64,000 nt of DNA from Candidatus Gottesmanbacteria bacterium GW2011_GWA2_43_14. GTDB taxonomy: Bacteria; Patescibacteriota; Microgenomatia; 2-02-FULL-39-11. Under the pieces are notes generated by a model that did no database searches, was not told the origin of the DNA, and worked only from the letters and a program-made list of their open reading frames with translations. The position numbers and the translations under genes are program-made. This document shows positions 62,007-64,000 of the stretch, piece after piece; within the stretch, counting starts at the first letter, position 1; every line of letters begins with the position of its first letter. The DNA lies in the NCBI GenBank assembly GCA_000999095.1, contig LCFP01000001.1:10230-74229 (forward strand), given 5' to 3'.

Positions 62007-62834
62007 TCAGGAGTAAAGCTTCAGAAGCTGTTCGTAAAGTTTACGTATTTCCTCTGTAGTCTTTTCCGGTACACCCTTAAGTATGATTTGGATTTTAGCA
62101 GATATGGTTGACTGGTTAATTCTTACAGGAGTATTCATTTTGGTGGACAATTCTGAAGCCAATTTGTCCAATTCCACGCTCTGAATCCTGTCCGCTCCCT
62201 TTCTAACCGGCATATCCCTGGCTTCTTTCATCTGCCGTACCATGTCTTCTGTTCTCCTGACGGAGGAACCGTCTGTTAAAATTTGCTTGAAGGCTTCCAC
62301 CATCAAACGGGAATCAGACAAACCTGCAATTGCCCGGGCATGCCCCTCGGTGATATCAGTAGAAATCAGACCGTCTTTAATAGCATCAGGAAGCGCTAAT
62401 AACCTAAGTGTATTTGAGACATATGCCGGACTCTTGCCGATTCTTTTAGCAATTTCCGTCACCGGAATGGCATATTCATCTATCAGTCTTTGAAATCCTT
62501 GGGCTCTCTCAATCGGATTTAAATCTTCCCTTTGTACATTCTCAACCAATGCCAGTTCCAGCATACCCCTGGTATCCGTTTCTTTGACAACTACCGGAAC
62601 GGTCTTCAACCCGACAATCTTGGAAGCCCGCCAGCGCCTTTCTCCGGCAATAATCTGGAAACCGGCCGGTGTTTTGGCCACGACCAATGGTTCCAGCACT
62701 CCGTGCTCTTTAATTGATTCAACCAAATCAACCAATGATTCGCTTTTGATGAGATTTCTGACCTGAAGAGGATTCGGCTGCAGGAGACTAATATCCAGAT
62801 TAATTAATTCTTTATATTGTGTGACGTTTACCAT
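62007..62834 (-). CDS. parB: ParB/Spo0J partition protein
   Basis: ParB N-domain GERRWRA and HTH. Confidence 0.85.
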   Translation of the reverse strand: MVNVTQYKELINLDISLLQPNPLQVRNLIKSESLVDLVESIKEHGVLEPLVVAKTPAGFQIIAGERRWRASKIVGLKTVPVVVKETDTRGMLELALVENVQREDLNPIERAQGFQRLIDEYAIPVTEIAKRIGKSPAYVSNTLRLLALPDAIKDGLISTDITEGHARAIAGLSDSRLMVEAFKQILTDGSSVRRTEDMVRQMKEARDMPVRKGADRIQSVELDKLASELSTKMNTPVRINQSTISAKIQIILKGVPEKTTEEIRKLYEQLLKLYS

Positions 62835-62841
62835 AATTTTA

Positions 62842-63087
62842 TCAGACTACCTGAACTATTTTTCTGTCTAACCGCCGCAGAAAAGAAACTACTCCGTCCT
62901 TGACGGCATAAAGGGTATGGTCTTTTCCCATTTTGACCCCGTTTCCCGGATGGAATTTTGTGCCCCTTTGCCTGATAATGATATTCCCGGCAACTACTTT
63001 TCCTCCGGCATAAACTTTAACCCCAAGCCTTTTGGAAACAGAATCACGGTTGCCTTTGGTTGTACCCCCGGTTTTGATGTGTGCCAT
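62842..63087 (-). CDS. rpmA: 50S ribosomal protein L27
   Basis: [16 protein letters not shown]... Confidence 0.85.
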   Translation of the reverse strand: MAHIKTGGTTKGNRDSVSKRLGVKVYAGGKVVAGNIIIRQRGTKFHPGNGVKMGKDHTLYAVKDGVVSFLRRLDRKIVQVV

Positions 63088-63118
63088 ATGAAAAATCTCT
63101 CTCTATTCAGGAGCGAGT

Positions 63119-63514
63119 TTACTCTCTATTTTCACGGTTGTCAATCTTTTTTTCACGCTTTGCCGCGACTTTGGTTGATGGGGCTTTTTTCGGTGATGCA
63201 TCCCTGCCAATATTTTCGATTTTGATGTCTGTCAACATGGGACGGAAACCTATCTTCCTGCGGTAACGGACCTTCGCTTTAAATTTGGAAACATGCAGTT
63301 TTTCACCTTTATATTGCTTTGTCACTTCTCCGGACACTGTCAGACCTGCCAGGTACGGGTTTCCGACCAGTACTTCCTGACCATCCTTAAACAACAGAAC
63401 TTTATCGAATAAAAATTTTTTTCCCTGCGGATGTTCCAGTTTATCCACGGTCACAATTTCACCTTCAGCAACCTTGTACTGCTTGCCGCCTGATTCAATT
63501 ACAGCGTATTTCAT
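63119..63514 (-). CDS. rplU: 50S ribosomal protein L21 with a lysine-rich C-terminal tail
   Basis: MKYAVIESGGKQYKV... Confidence 0.85.
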   Translation of the reverse strand: MKYAVIESGGKQYKVAEGEIVTVDKLEHPQGKKFLFDKVLLFKDGQEVLVGNPYLAGLTVSGEVTKQYKGEKLHVSKFKAKVRYRRKIGFRPMLTDIKIENIGRDASPKKAPSTKVAAKREKKIDNRENRE

Positions 63515-63538
63515 AAGGTTCTTATTATATATAATAAG

Positions 63539-64000
63539 CTAATGAATGACAAGCTCAATTTCCTTTTTTCTTTTCGCCACCGAGTTTAAAATTCCCAAGG
63601 CGATGAAGGTGCTTATAATCGAGCTGCCTCCGGCCGATACCAACGGCAAGGTGATACCGGTAATCGGCAAAATACCCAAATTCATGCCCATGTTAATAAA
63701 CACCTGGATAAAAATTTGGGAAAAGATTCCGGCACTGAGTACCTTTCCCATGGTATCTTCGGCACTAAAACAGATGTTTAAAATTCTGATCAATAAAAGC
63801 AGATATAAGATTATCAGTATAATACCTCCTATAAAACCCAATGATTCTACAATCGTAGCGAAGATAAAATCGGTCTGGTACTCCGGCAGGAAAAAAAGTT
63901 TGCTTTGCGTCCCACGTCCCAAACCCAATCCCCAGAATCCTCCGCTGCCCACGGCTATCATAGATTGTATGGCGTTATATCCTGCGCCTCCGGGATCAAT
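63539..64000 (-). CDS. SEDS-family (FtsW/RodA) protein, C-terminal part. It continues beyond the window end.
   Basis: ...IDPGGAGYNAIQSMIAVGSGGFWGLGLGRGTQ... then TM helices; the frame is open to position 64000. Confidence 0.75.
   Translation of the reverse strand: MDPGGAGYNAIQSMIAVGSGGFWGLGLGRGTQSKLFFLPEYQTDFIFATIVESLGFIGGIILIILYLLLLIRILNICFSAEDTMGKVLSAGIFSQIFIQVFINMGMNLGILPITGITLPLVSAGGSSIISTFIALGILNSVAKRKKEIELVIH

Overview
This is a gene-dense bacterial chromosomal segment of roughly 45-50% GC, mostly transcribed on the minus strand, carrying nucleotide-biosynthesis and core housekeeping operons. In order it contains: a partial glyA; a purine block (purF, purE, purC, purQ, and a purL that appears fused to PurS-like domains and is split into two ORFs); a pyrimidine block (pyrG-pyrE-pyrF-pyrD, then a divergent fumC-like/malic-enzyme pair, then pyrC-pyrB-carB-carA); a complete F1Fo ATP synthase operon with an unusually short delta subunit; dnaE translationally coupled to a degenerate GGDEF-domain gene; gatCAB; and glnA preceded by a GAF-ANTAR regulator with a textbook dual-hairpin/terminator leader. 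It continues with murT-gatD, a degraded clpB, htpX-lemA and a PolX polymerase. Next come tRNA-Asp, a LysM protein and tRNA-Gly, followed by a low-GC island encoding an Mrr-cat nuclease-domain protein and a T5orf172 (GIY-YIG-like) protein, which is a candidate uncharacterised defence module. Downstream are an FMN riboswitch controlling an ECF riboflavin importer plus flavokinase, tRNA-Thr, a glycosyltransferase/O-antigen-ligase cluster with an AT-rich block, and an unusual locus in which an intact tRNA-Val(CAC) and a small GIY-YIG gene sit between two partial tRNA-Val-like copies sharing a 34-bp direct repeat that contains a 19-bp palindrome. The window ends with lepB, parB, rplU-rpmA and a partial SEDS (FtsW/RodA) gene. 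No CRISPR array, integrase or transposase was recognised. All calls are from reading the translations and sequence by eye; no database searches were run.
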